Shown here: positions 1-10,293 of the stretch, one piece after another
How positions within the stretch are numbered: position 1 is the stretch's first letter
Layout of the letters: every line of letters begins with the position of its first letter
IMG/VR virus record: IMGVR_UViG_3300021255_002065
Location: 84,095-148,094 of that record
Length of the DNA stretch: 64,000 nt
Origin: a virus
Lineage: Duplodnaviria > Caudoviricetes
Direction: 5' to 3' (one strand)
Translations under genes and position numbers: made by a program
Notes under the pieces: generated by a model
What the model was told of the DNA's origin: nothing
What the model saw: the letters and a program-made list of their open reading frames with translations, nothing else
The model's database searches: none

Positions 1-1
1 A

Positions 2-3000
2 ATCACCAACTAGATCAACCAATACATTTAGCACTGGCATTAACGAATCCACTAATTTAACAACTAAATTTGCAATATATTTAATGGAGTCACCGACGGC
101 TTTTAATAGCTTCTTAATGGTTCCTGTCAACTTCTTAAATGCTTTATTCAATGGCTTAACCGCAGTTGTCAATGTTTTTTGTACAAGATCCATGATGGCT
201 TTCACAGCAGTTAATGATGCAATCGCAGTCAATATCATTTTACCGAAACCCTTTAAGATACTGCCGATTCCTTTTACAACCCTCAGTATACCTCCCAATG
301 CTCCGACGCCTCCGGACGCAGGTGCACCAATTGTTGGATCACTTGTTGTGGTTCCGTCTTCAGAATCACCTTTCTTCTTAAAGAATTTATTTTTGATATT
401 TGAGAAGAAGCCGCCACCAGACCCTCCATTTGTGCCTGCTTTCACACCTTCTTTGGAACCCTTTTCGGAACCTTCACGTGTACCTTTCTCTGCAGCTTTT
501 GCTAATGCTTTTGCTTCTTTTTCAGCTCGTTTCTGTGCACGTCTCTCTTCTTTCTGTGCCTTCTTTGCTTCTGCACGTTTCTCACGTTCTTCTTTACGTT
601 TTTCACGTTCCTCTTGTGTTCCCCAGATTTGTGTCCATCCTTTTTTCACATCATTCATACCGGATTTCATTCCCTTTTTCACCAGATTCAATGCTGGTGT
701 GAGAACTTTCTGTCCGATAAATCTAAATGCCGCACCTAATTTCTTTTTAATCCATGCACCAATGACTCCAATTGCCGGAAGAATGTATTTGGAAATCGCA
801 CTACCGAGAGGGGATTTACTAAGAGCACCGTTCACTTTGTTCTTGATACTATTCTTCATGTTAGTACCCCACATGGTGAACATCTGGCTCAGTTTGTTAC
901 CCAATCCTTTATTCTTCATTTGAGAGGTGATACGTTTTAAGAATGGCAAATCACTTGCGAGATCACCATCTGAAGCTTGTGTTTGTGCCATCTTTGTTGC
1001 AGTATCAGAAATGATTTCATCTTCTTTGGAAGTTTCTTCTCCTGCTTTTTTGTCATCACCACGACCATAGATGTTATTTAAGATAGAAGGAATATTACCA
1101 CTACCTGTTGTATTTTTCACATTAAGATGGTTAATAGCACTGATGATGCCTTCCAGTTTTCCAAACAAATTTGTTTCGAAATCCGCACTAATACCAGCAG
1201 TTTCTGTTTTGGAAACCTTGGTTGCATTAGACATCTTGGTTGCATCAATGTCTTCACGAATGATACCTGCTTTCGCCCTTTTGTCCTTTTCAACAATCTC
1301 GACATCTTTCTGCTGTTCTTCATTCTTCTTCAAGTTTTTGTCGGCTAGTTCTCCAGCCCAATCATTTGGATCTTTTACACTACCTCTCTTCAATTTACTT
1401 TTATTTGCTTCTTCATATTTTTTTTCTTGCTCTTTATATTCGTCCGTCTCTTTGATTCTAGCTATTTCAGCATCACGTCGTTCATTTATGTTAGTTTGTG
1501 CAGTTCTGACTTGAGCATTGTTTTTAAAAGAATTTATGATGTCTTCTTTCGTGAGGTTCTTACTTGCACGACCCATGGCTGCATCGTCATTTTTTCGTTT
1601 TATATCAGCTTCGGTTGCTGATTGTAATATTTTAAATACATCCGCCATGAATGTTCCCGGTGTTTCTGTAGACCCTGTAAAAATATTTGCTCCAGATTCT
1701 GGATTATTAATGGCTAACCTTAATGAATTGAACCATGTATTGAAATCATCATCACCAGCCAATCCAAAATCCGGATTGGATGTGCATATAGATTTTATTG
1801 TTTCCCAATCAAAAATTTGTTGGAATTCAGTTGCATTTTTTACTTCAATCGGATCACCCATATATCTGATTAAAACTGCCGATGAGAATGCTTCCTGATA
1901 GTTCAGTGCCTTCGTCTTTATACGATGCTGCAGTTCAGATTCGATTTGCTGTCTCTTTTTCTCTCGCATTTGTTTTTTTGCTGTTACATCAAATGCTTTC
2001 CTTGTATATGTTTGACCATTATTTGAAGCTTCTTGTTCCAATTTGGTTTGTTCCTCATTCCATGCGGCTTCGAGATCAGTATCATTTATTTTTCCAGCTT
2101 CTACACCAGATCTCTTTTTCAAATCCTTATTGATATTGGCTTGATGATCTGTGCTATTAATCGCGGTAATATTAGAACTTAAGGCAGCATCTAATACACG
2201 TTCTTGTGAATTACGAGAACCATGTTGTGAAACATGACCATTCGCATGATCCCAAGCAACCCCTGTCATGGATTGTGCAATGACTTTCAAATATCCAGGA
2301 ATGATTTCTGTGATGGATTGTCTGGTGATACCATCAAAGACAGCTTTGTCTCTGTTATATTCATTCTTGATTTCAGCTTGATATTCACCAACTGTACTAG
2401 ATTTCAATGTTAATCCTTTATTTAATGCTTCGGATAACATATCGCCGAAAAATGGAATCTTGCCCAATGCATCATTGAGTTTCTTATTTCCACCTAATAG
2501 CACATTGGAGATTGCATCACCAATCATATTATTGAAGCTGCTTCCAATTGTATTGAGTGAATTATTTGCAAACTTTTCAGAAAAATTGGTTTGTTTACCA
2601 CCAATCAATTCTGTAAGAAAGTCGATACCACTACCAACAGCTGCTCCAACTTTACCAGTCTTCTTATCCTTTGTATCACTCAATAACATACTGATGATAC
2701 CTGCTGGTGTTAATGCATCTTTTCCCATCGATAACATCTGTGCAACGATATTGTTTGTTGCAGCATCTTTCACATTGGATTTCATTTGGTTAAACCATGA
2801 ACCCAATGTCACACGTCCATGTGAATCAATTGCCGATTGATTCTGTGCTTTCATTTGTTCTTCTTCAATTTGTGTTTGGGTTTGTAATAACTTACCCAAT
2901 GCATCAATCTTTTCACCAATACCAATGATGGATTTGTTCATATTGTTTAATGATGTTACAATTTCACTTGCACGACCATCGATATGGGATACGATCTCAG

Positions 3001-3451
3001 CAGCATTGATCATGGATGCTTCTGCTTGTTTTGCACCAATTTGGTACATTGCATTCACTTGTCCACGAGCAATGTCTTTCATGCTTTCTTCATCCGCAAT
3101 TTTCGAACTCGGAGATTCTTGTTCTCCGTCACCATCACCTTCACCAACTTGGAAACCGGCATCAAAATCAGAATCATTACCTCCGTTCAACAAACCATAT
3201 TCATCAGATTCATCAGAACGTTGCATGAACCAATCTAATGCTTTCTTACCACCATTTTGTTTGATATCCGCAACAATATCAACTACTTTGGATTTTCCTT
3301 GGGTTAATTGGTCACCGACTTCTTTTGCATCATTGATAAAGGTTGTGATGTTTTCAGTATAATCACTAAAATAATCCTTAGCAACTTCTTTACCAATATA
3401 AAGAATCTGTCCGGGAATATTCGGAATGAAACTACTACCTTTTTTTGCCAT
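2..3451 (-). CDS. Tape measure-like giant tail protein (phiKZ gp181-like), 5' part; runs off the window
   Basis: AAGGAGG RBS then ATG at 3451 (MAKKGSSFIPNIPG...). The + strand shadow ORFs (84, 1071, 1518, 2460, 2925) share one phase, consistent with one long - strand frame. Contains AVFDGITRQSITEIIPGYLKVI, as recalled for gp181-like proteins, plus long coiled-coil/Gly-Ala helical regions. Missing from the ORF track because its stop lies outside the window. Confidence 0.75.
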   Translation of the reverse strand, partial: MAKKGSSFIPNIPGQILYIGKEVAKDYFSDYTENITTFINDAKEVGDQLTQGKSKVVDIVADIKQNGGKKALDWFMQRSDESDEYGLLNGGNDSDFDAGFQVGEGDGDGEQESPSSKIADEESMKDIARGQVNAMYQIGAKQAEASMINAAEIVSHIDGRASEIVTSLNNMNKSIIGIGEKIDALGKLLQTQTQIEEEQMKAQNQSAIDSHGRVTLGSWFNQMKSNVKDAATNNIVAQMLSMGKDALTPAGIISMLLSDTKDKKTGKVGAAVGSGIDFLTELIGGKQTNFSEKFANNSLNTIGSSFNNMIGDAISNVLLGGNKKLNDALGKIPFFGDMLSEALNKGLTLKSSTVGEYQAEIKNEYNRDKAVFDGITRQSITEIIPGYLKVIAQSMTGVAWDHANGHVSQHGSRNSQERVLDAALSSNITAINSTDHQANINKDLKKRSGVEAGKINDTDLEAAWNEEQTKLEQEASNNGQTYTRKAFDVTAKKQMREKKRQQIESELQHRIKTKALNYQEAFSSAVLIRYMGDPIEVKNATEFQQIFDWETIKSICTSNPDFGLAGDDDFNTWFNSLRLAINNPESGANIFTGSTETPGTFMADVFKILQSATEADIKRKNDDAAMGRASKNLTKEDIINSFKNNAQVRTAQTNINERRDAEIARIKETDEYKEQEKKYEEANKSKLKRGSVKDPNDWAGELADKNLKKNEEQQKDVEIVEKDKRAKAGIIREDIDATKMSNATKVSKTETAGISADFETNLFGKLEGIISAINHLNVKNTTGSGNIPSILNNIYGRGDDKKAGEETSKEDEIISDTATKMAQTQASDGDLASDLPFLKRITSQMKNKGLGNKLSQMFTMWGTNMKNSIKNKVNGALSKSPLGSAISKYILPAIGVIGAWIKKKLGAAFRFIGQKVLTPALNLVKKGMKSGMNDVKKGWTQIWGTQEEREKRKEEREKRAEAKKAQKEERRAQKRAEKEAKALAKAAEKGTREGSEKGSKEGVKAGTNGGSGGGFFSNIKNKFFKKKGDSEDGTTTSDPTIGAPASGGVGALGGILRVVKGIGSILKGFGKMILTAIASLTAVKAIMDLVQKTLTTAVKPLNKAFKKLTGTIKKLLKAVGDSIKYIANLVVKLVDSLMPVLNVLVDLVGD

Positions 3452-3490
3452 ATATCATCGGCACCTCCTTTAAGATATTTTATAATATAG

Positions 3491-3515
3491 ATACAGCGGG
3501 CATTGCCCGCTGTAT
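3491..3515. terminator. GC-rich palindrome ATACAGCGGGCA-T-TGCCCGCTGTAT
   Basis: 12-bp inverted repeat with a 1-nt centre, just downstream of the 3527 stop. Confidence 0.6.
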
Positions 3516-3526
3516 GACGATTATCA

Positions 3527-6082
3527 TTAATAAGTTGGAACATTAAATGGCATATTGAAGCCCTGTGTGTCATTTGAATGCCTCATTCGATCAATGCGCG
3601 CTTTATTTTCTTGATCAAATCCTTGGTCGATTTTGGTTTTAATCTGAGAACCGATATTTCGTGCTGTTTGATTAATATCGGATGCAAGATCAGAGCCAGC
3701 ATTAGAGCTAAGATATTGACCTGTGTCTCGGAATCTTTGCCCAATATTTTGTTGCACAAGACCATTTCCATTGTCAGCTTGTGCAATCTTCATTGTTGCC
3801 ATATTTGCTCTGAAATTACTTTCATCTTGATTAGCTCTCTGATTTAATTCATCTCGTGCATTTTGAACACCTTGTGCTGTATTTGACATCATATCTTTAA
3901 ATGCATCCTTAGTACTCTTCTGACCAGCTCCAACTGTAACAAATGTCGTTTTGATTGGTGGTTCTTTACCCTTGTTATTAGGATCCGCTCTCCAATTATC
4001 CATCATTTGTTTCTCTTCAGGTGTCATTTCAACTGGAACTTCTTCACCCATTTGATTCTGAACAAGTTTCATTTCTACTTTATCACCACGAGTTTCAGAT
4101 ACAAATGCTTCCCAAGACTGAATAAAGCCATTTAAAACATTGGAGACAAAGGATGTACACCATATTGTTAGTGAATTTAGACCTATCATCGTTGGTATGA
4201 GAAGTTTAGATTTACCAATAAATCCAACTGCCAATCGTGTCCACATACTATGTCTTTGTTCTAACTTAACACCTGCTTTTTTGTCAGAATTAATTTTAAA
4301 ACCAATCTTCTCACCATTCTCATTTGTTGAAGTTTTCATTACACCACCAGAGAGATCCATTCCGCCTTGTGTGGTTCTCTCTACAGTTCCAAGATTCTGA
4401 GTTCCTGACAATAGATCAACCATGTTACTTGCAAATGTATCCGGTTTGGAAAATGCATCATCGATTTTATTGATTATCATTTGTAAATTTCCCAACAATC
4501 GATTTTCATTAACACCAGCGTACACTTTCGTTTGTAACACAGCCATTAGTGTGTTTGTCGGATTGGTATTTTCACCATTTTGATCCATTCCACGGAAAAA
4601 GTTGTCCAGATTGTTTAAAGCATTTTCTGCTTCTTCTATATCTTTAGAACCATTTACCTGTATTGCTTGATCAATTACGGCATTACAAGTTTCTGCTGCA
4701 GAACAAAATACATCAGCAATGTTCTTCAATGATTTCGCACAAACATTAACAACAGCTGTGGCTGCATTATCATTATTATCCGGCGCTTTCATTCTGCGAT
4801 ATGTTTTTGTAATAAGATCCAAAATAATCCAGAGCCATGGTAATGATGTAACTGCACTTGTTCCAGGAATATGTCCACCAAGCAAATCATTCATGCCTGC
4901 AAATACCTTTTGGATCGGTTCAGGTATCGGGAGACCGAAAAGTGTTAATGGTGGTCCGATCACAAATATCTGATCCACAGGAATTGTAGATGTACCATCT
5001 TTTGTTTTTGATAATTCTTGGATAAATTGACCAAGATTGTCAATTTCAGCACCATGCATCTTTAGATTCTTCATAATGTCAAGCCATCTGATATTCGTTG
5101 TTTGATAAGCGAAGCTGCCTTTTGCACCAACTTCATTATCCATGCTTCTCGTGCCATCCATCACATAATCACCAAGATTGCTGACATTTAACACACTCAG
5201 CGACTCCATCAATCCGATAAATCCCTTTCCTGTGTCCGGAAGGGGGATAACTCCCATGTGCTTTTCAGTAATCTTTCCGATAATAAATTTGGCAGCATCT
5301 AATACACCTTCTTGGACAACTTCATCACCCGACTCTTGTACGACCATCTCATTTGGTTCTGTATATTTTATAAATGCCGCTTGCTGAACTGTTGGTGCAC
5401 TATTGGAATTTGCACTTTCATTTGCAAATGCTTCCAATCCCTCAATCAAATCTGGATGTTCATCGCCAGCCTTTTCAATCGCAGCTTCATTCTTTTGCTC
5501 AATTGCAACAGATGTTTTATCCATAATCCTTCCCATTAATTTGGAAATTCCTTGTGCAATATCATGAATCAATTTTTTTACAAAATCAACGAATTTCTGC
5601 CAATTCGTTTTTGGAACCTCACCATTCTGTTCTTGTTGCTGTTGTTGATTTTCGGCTTCGGATTGATTCTCACTCGAGGCAGGTTGCTGATTTTGTGGTT
5701 GTTGATTTTCTCCAGCATCAGGCTGTTTTACATCTTGTTTTGGTACATTATTGGCATTGGGTTGTTGTACCACAGCAGGTGGTTGTTTTTGTTCAGCAGA
5801 TGCATCAGGTGCACTATTTGCAGAAGGAGCTTCTGGTTGTGGTTGAGGTTTAGGTTGTGGCTGAGGTTGAGGTTGTGGTGTTGGATTCGGCTGAGTTTCA
5901 CCATCTTCCTTAAAAATAAATGCATCATGATATGGATCTACTTCATATCCATTTTCAAATAGATACGATTCCATTGTGATTTGTTTATCATAAAACATGA
6001 TCAATTTTTCAAGAACATCCATCTCCGTGTAAAAAGTCTGAAGTTCTATATCTTCTTTATATATCACATTTTCCACCTTCAA
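3527..6082 (-). CDS. Virion head (inner body/ejection) protein, leader-bearing paralog family
   Basis: 851 aa. Acidic leader EMDVLEKLIMFYDKQITMESY, PQ-rich linker, amphipathic WQKFVDFVKKLIHDI helix, putative protease sites VVQE|S and VVQE|G. Start may be GTG at 6067. Confidence 0.7.
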   Translation of the reverse strand: MKVENVIYKEDIELQTFYTEMDVLEKLIMFYDKQITMESYLFENGYEVDPYHDAFIFKEDGETQPNPTPQPQPQPQPKPQPQPEAPSANSAPDASAEQKQPPAVVQQPNANNVPKQDVKQPDAGENQQPQNQQPASSENQSEAENQQQQQEQNGEVPKTNWQKFVDFVKKLIHDIAQGISKLMGRIMDKTSVAIEQKNEAAIEKAGDEHPDLIEGLEAFANESANSNSAPTVQQAAFIKYTEPNEMVVQESGDEVVQEGVLDAAKFIIGKITEKHMGVIPLPDTGKGFIGLMESLSVLNVSNLGDYVMDGTRSMDNEVGAKGSFAYQTTNIRWLDIMKNLKMHGAEIDNLGQFIQELSKTKDGTSTIPVDQIFVIGPPLTLFGLPIPEPIQKVFAGMNDLLGGHIPGTSAVTSLPWLWIILDLITKTYRRMKAPDNNDNAATAVVNVCAKSLKNIADVFCSAAETCNAVIDQAIQVNGSKDIEEAENALNNLDNFFRGMDQNGENTNPTNTLMAVLQTKVYAGVNENRLLGNLQMIINKIDDAFSKPDTFASNMVDLLSGTQNLGTVERTTQGGMDLSGGVMKTSTNENGEKIGFKINSDKKAGVKLEQRHSMWTRLAVGFIGKSKLLIPTMIGLNSLTIWCTSFVSNVLNGFIQSWEAFVSETRGDKVEMKLVQNQMGEEVPVEMTPEEKQMMDNWRADPNNKGKEPPIKTTFVTVGAGQKSTKDAFKDMMSNTAQGVQNARDELNQRANQDESNFRANMATMKIAQADNGNGLVQQNIGQRFRDTGQYLSSNAGSDLASDINQTARNIGSQIKTKIDQGFDQENKARIDRMRHSNDTQGFNMPFNVPTY
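5681..5795. repeat. ~115-bp segment duplicated at 7504-7621
   Basis: Near-identical DNA encoding EQKQPPAVVQQ...KQDVKQPDAGENQQPQNQQP in two adjacent genes. Confidence 0.9.
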
Positions 6083-6087
6083 TCATA

Positions 6088-7854
6088 TTATGTTGCATTA
6101 GCAGAATTGACACCATTCACAACAGTTTGTATTACATCTCCACCAATACGAATAATGTTTATGATATTATTTACAACCGACATGATTCCTTGACCAACCT
6201 TGGTTAATACACCTAGAATCTTTTGCAACAAACCTTTGCTTTCTTGGTCTTCTTGTATTCCCATTTCTGCACGAGCTTTTTGTGCAATTCCTTGTGCAAC
6301 TCGAGCAGATGTCTGCATTCCAAAAATGGGATTGCTTGGATCATTAAACCAATTAACAAGTTGCTCAGACTTCTGTTTTAATTGGGTCAGTAATGGGTTC
6401 ATGGTTTGATCATTCATATCTTTTACGAAACGTTCACATTCTGACATTGCTTGATCTTCTTCCGGTGTAATGTTTGAGACTTGCGTTTGTTGTGGAGTTG
6501 CAAATAATGCGGATGGCTTCACAAATTTCTCATACCACAAATTCATCACACGAATCGTTTGTTCTGATTCTTTATCTTCAACCAATGTGAAGTTTTGTAA
6601 GATATTCTGCAATGATTGTTTGATATCCGGTTTTGGAGCATTTGGATCTGATTTGGGAATACCTTGTTGAAGCAATTGTATTTTTTTGGAAAGTTCTTGG
6701 TCACTCGATTGACAAGCTTTTTCGATCAATTCATATCTTGGAAGCTGTGTGATTTTATTTTTATCACGAGCATCTTTAATTTTGTTACTAACAAAATCCC
6801 ATAACTTTCCAGCACCAATACCTGCAAGCAAACCAACACCTGTTAACACAAGACCGCTTCCACCAAGAGCAGTAGCTCCGGCAACCATACCAGCTTTTGC
6901 CGCAGTAGTCGCAACCTTTTTTGCACCATTTTCTACCATACCAAGGGCAGACCTTTTTGCAAGTTCTGCATCTGACAAATTGTCTTGACCAGTTGCAGAA
7001 GCCATGACATTTTGTCGTGCAATTTCATTACTTGCTGCAGTTCTTGCACCTTTCGCTCCCATGACAGCACCAAATGCAGTTCCCAATTCTTGATAAATTT
7101 CATCAAATGAACGGAAATCATGTATGGAATAATCCACCTTTGTTTCTTCTCCAGTTGGCACAGTTGAAGATGGTTGATCAGCTACAGGTGTTTCTGTATC
7201 CGTTGTCGGTGGTTGACCACCACCCTGTGTTCCCTTCTTGGCTTCAATCTTTTGTAGCAATGTATCAATCTCTTGATCTGACATATTGTCGACTATATTC
7301 GAAAATTCCTGTTTGCTTTCAGCAAGTTTTTTGTCAACAATTTTCTCAATACATTTCGTAATCAAATTTGGAATCCACATAAAAATCTTTTTAACAGTAT
7401 CAATGATTTTTTGTAAGAATCCTGGTTCTTGATTATTAGTATTATTTTCAGCATTTTCGTTGGGTTTATCATCATTTGACACAACGGGCTCTTCTCCAGT
7501 TTCAGGTTGCTGATTTTGTGGCTGCTGATTTTCTCCAGCATCAGGTTGTTTTACATCTTGTTTCAGTGCATTATCACCAGATTGTTGTTGTTGTACCACA
7601 GCAGGTGGTTGTTTTTGTTCATCCTGAGATGGAGCACTATTTCCTACCTCAACCTCAGCATCTGTCTGTCCGTTATCAGTTGTAGATGTATTGTCGGGTG
7701 GTGGTGTTTCATCTTCCATGTAGTAACCCATGTTCTCCATGTAAATTCTCATTGACAATTCTTTCTGATAGTATTCACATAACTGAAGAAGTGATTCTGT
7801 ATCATAAAATACCTGCACATCATCAATTTCACAAATTACATTACTTAGATTCAT
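6088..7854 (-). CDS. Virion head protein, leader-bearing paralog family
   Basis: Start moved to MNLSNV after AAGGAGG. Leader DTESLLQLCEYYQKELSM, helix LQKIIDTVKKIFMWI, hydrophobic Gly/Ala-rich segment. Confidence 0.7.
   Translation of the reverse strand: MNLSNVICEIDDVQVFYDTESLLQLCEYYQKELSMRIYMENMGYYMEDETPPPDNTSTTDNGQTDAEVEVGNSAPSQDEQKQPPAVVQQQQSGDNALKQDVKQPDAGENQQPQNQQPETGEEPVVSNDDKPNENAENNTNNQEPGFLQKIIDTVKKIFMWIPNLITKCIEKIVDKKLAESKQEFSNIVDNMSDQEIDTLLQKIEAKKGTQGGGQPPTTDTETPVADQPSSTVPTGEETKVDYSIHDFRSFDEIYQELGTAFGAVMGAKGARTAASNEIARQNVMASATGQDNLSDAELAKRSALGMVENGAKKVATTAAKAGMVAGATALGGSGLVLTGVGLLAGIGAGKLWDFVSNKIKDARDKNKITQLPRYELIEKACQSSDQELSKKIQLLQQGIPKSDPNAPKPDIKQSLQNILQNFTLVEDKESEQTIRVMNLWYEKFVKPSALFATPQQTQVSNITPEEDQAMSECERFVKDMNDQTMNPLLTQLKQKSEQLVNWFNDPSNPIFGMQTSARVAQGIAQKARAEMGIQEDQESKGLLQKILGVLTKVGQGIMSVVNNIINIIRIGGDVIQTVVNGVNSANAT
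7504..7621. repeat. Second copy of the 5681-5795 segment
   Basis: Direct sequence comparison. Confidence 0.9.
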
Positions 7855-7855
7855 G

Positions 7856-7984
7856 TCAATCCTCCTTTTCTTTGATTCCATAATCCAATAAACAATATTC
7901 TTTGTACAAATAGTCCATTTGACTCATCGCAACATCAATCAATCCTTGTTCTTGTTCATATATGATATTATCAAAATAATTCAA
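7856..7984 (-). CDS. 42-aa mini-protein consisting only of the head-protein leader motif
   Basis: TTG start after GAAAGGG. MNYFDNIIYEQEQGLIDVAMSQMDYLYKEYCLLDYGIKEKED* fills the gap between two genes and is below the ORF-track cutoff. Confidence 0.6.
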   Translation of the reverse strand: MNYFDNIIYEQEQGLIDVAMSQMDYLYKEYCLLDYGIKEKED

Positions 7985-8004
7985 TTTCTTTCGCCCTTTC
8001 TGTA

Positions 8005-8763
8005 TTAGAAGAATTGAACCAATTCCAAATCGTCATAATGGAAAGATTGTGTCCATTTATCAACAAGCTCTTTACGTGCTGCTTCTGCACCACTCCAGTC
8101 ATCAATCTTAACATTGATTTCTTTAAATGCAGAACCAACTTGATTCATATTCTTTAATTGATTATACAGAACTCGTTGTACATCTAATACAGCAAGTTCC
8201 ATGAAAGATTCACGACAAGATTCTGGAATCGTTTCACCAGTTAAGTCGTGTTCACATTTTACCACAAATTTCACAAAAATGTTTTCGGGGAAATTGAATA
8301 ATTGTATCTTATTATAACCCAGCCATTTAGATGTTGGAGTGGTTTGGGTAATGCCTGCATACTTATTAATGGCAGCACCAGTTTGTGTTGCGTTTAGAAT
8401 ATCCTGTGGATAATAAGAACCGAATCCGACAAATGGTGAACCAACCGTAAAAGCATTTGTTAAAATCTCTCCATCTTGATTTGTAGCAGACGCCACGTAG
8501 GCGTCTGCATAAATCACTGGTGTTGTTGTTAATGCTTCGGGTACATAATAGATGCAATTCTTCTTTGCAATATCATCCGGAGAACGAAGTCTCTTCTTTT
8601 CTTCAAATCCTTCTTTGATCAAAGGTTTAAATTGAGAAAATGTCCGGATCGATACTTTTAAAATTTCTCCGATCACATTCTCTGTGGAATCTTTATATGG
8701 TAATGCAATTGTGTTCAAACCCAATGTGAGTTTGATATCATTTGTTACATCGGAGATATTCAT
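8005..8763 (-). CDS. Jumbo-phage virion structural protein (neck/head-tail candidate)
   Basis: 252 aa globular protein in the structural operon; resemblance to conserved jumbo-phage virion proteins is from recall only. Confidence 0.45.
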   Translation of the reverse strand: MNISDVTNDIKLTLGLNTIALPYKDSTENVIGEILKVSIRTFSQFKPLIKEGFEEKKRLRSPDDIAKKNCIYYVPEALTTTPVIYADAYVASATNQDGEILTNAFTVGSPFVGFGSYYPQDILNATQTGAAINKYAGITQTTPTSKWLGYNKIQLFNFPENIFVKFVVKCEHDLTGETIPESCRESFMELAVLDVQRVLYNQLKNMNQVGSAFKEINVKIDDWSGAEAARKELVDKWTQSFHYDDLELVQFF

Positions 8764-8787
8764 ATTACATCACACCTTTGTTAAAAA

Positions 8788-10275
8788 TTAACCACGTTTT
8801 GCTTTTCTTCTCGCAGATAATGCATCGGCTTTCGCCTGTGCTTTATCCGCAGCTTCTTGCGCTTTTCTTGCTTTTTCTTCCAAGTCTGCTGCTTGTTTTT
8901 CCTTATGATCAGCTTTACGACGTTTACCATTTCTGATGTCATAATAAGCAGTCGCTTCATCATGTGCTTGATCAAATTTATCACGATACTCTTTACCAAA
9001 TTCTTTACCTGCCATCTTAACAAGTCGCTGAATTTCTTTCTCACTGTAATCACCAGATGCACGAAGTTTTTCTTCATAACTCTGTTGTCCAGCTTTGATC
9101 GTATCGTTTTTACCCTTAGACATCACATGGTCACTTGTACCAAACAACCTCTGTCCTTCAGCACCTTTATGTTTTGCATAATTTGCATCAGCAGCAGTTA
9201 ATTGAATTGCTTGCACTTCTTGATTCATGATTTTTGCCGCATTCATAACAGCTTTCATCGGACCTGTCATTTGACCAAACGCTTGATCAACTGCTGGACC
9301 TTTTTCTGGATCGGAATACAATTGATTCATTGTCTTCTGCAAGTCGGTGAAGGCATTATTCATTTTTCGACACATGTCTCCAGCCATAAAGAAATAAGTT
9401 TTCCAAATAGAAGGAGGGGATTGCACATTCTGATTCAATGCTTTCATCAAAACTTCTGAGCTCTGATTCAATTGTTGAATCATATTATTTCCCTCTGCGA
9501 TAATCTGCTGTGCTGAAAATCCCTTTAACTTCTTTGCAATCTGACTAATTAAACCAGTCAAAGCTTGCATTGCATTTACACTGTCTTTTGACATGTGTGT
9601 GGGAATGTTTCCTTCTCTGAACCAGATTCGATAGAACTCCTCCAATTTACCAGTATCCACATTTGCTGGTTTTGAAGGTTGTGCGCCGCTTGTTGAATCA
9701 TCCATTGGTCCTTTGAACATACCACTGGATTTATTCTGCCAATTTGTCATAATTTGAGAAATGAATTCATCTTCAGATATGCCACTGGATCTGGCTTTTT
9801 CAACAACTTGTGTCGCCTTATCAACAATTCCCTCTGTTTGTTTACCGGAAAAGAATTCGCCAATCTTTTTGAAGAATCCCATAATTGCATCAAAAATTCT
9901 TTGGAAAATGTTCCTTTTCTGTGCTGGATTACCCCCTGAGGGTTTCATTATTTTTGTTTGAGCAGATGTCGCACTGGCATTTGTAGCACCAGCCTGTGGA
10001 CTTGGAATGGTGCTTCCAGGAGTTGGTTTAATATTTCCTGGAGCATTTGGATTCGGAGCCGGGGCTGCAGTTGGTGCTTGTGTGGGGGCAGGTGCCCCAC
10101 CACCAGCCGGTGGTTGTGAACCAGCCGGGGCTGGAGGTGCTGGGTTTTGTGTTGCTTCAGAATAATAAGATTCTAGAAGATTGCATTTTTGAGCATATTC
10201 GAGAATTGCAATACATGTATCAAATTCACTGGAATATTTTTCCAATTCCAGTTCTCTCATCATAAAATCGGTCAT
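8788..10275 (-). CDS. Virion head protein, leader-bearing paralog family
   Basis: Leader EFDTCIAILEYAQKCNLLESYYSE|A, Pro/Ala linker, helix IFQRIFDAIMGFFKKIGEFF. Confidence 0.7.
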   Translation of the reverse strand: MTDFMMRELELEKYSSEFDTCIAILEYAQKCNLLESYYSEATQNPAPPAPAGSQPPAGGGAPAPTQAPTAAPAPNPNAPGNIKPTPGSTIPSPQAGATNASATSAQTKIMKPSGGNPAQKRNIFQRIFDAIMGFFKKIGEFFSGKQTEGIVDKATQVVEKARSSGISEDEFISQIMTNWQNKSSGMFKGPMDDSTSGAQPSKPANVDTGKLEEFYRIWFREGNIPTHMSKDSVNAMQALTGLISQIAKKLKGFSAQQIIAEGNNMIQQLNQSSEVLMKALNQNVQSPPSIWKTYFFMAGDMCRKMNNAFTDLQKTMNQLYSDPEKGPAVDQAFGQMTGPMKAVMNAAKIMNQEVQAIQLTAADANYAKHKGAEGQRLFGTSDHVMSKGKNDTIKAGQQSYEEKLRASGDYSEKEIQRLVKMAGKEFGKEYRDKFDQAHDEATAYYDIRNGKRRKADHKEKQAADLEEKARKAQEAADKAQAKADALSARRKAKRG

Positions 10276-10293
10276 ATCAATACCTCCTTAAGA

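Noticed and set aside
84-3362. + strand ORFs (84-923, 1071-1514, 1518-1898, 2460-2840, 2925-3362)
   Set aside because: Antisense shadows, all in one phase, of the long - strand tape-measure gene; Phe/Ser-rich with no RBS
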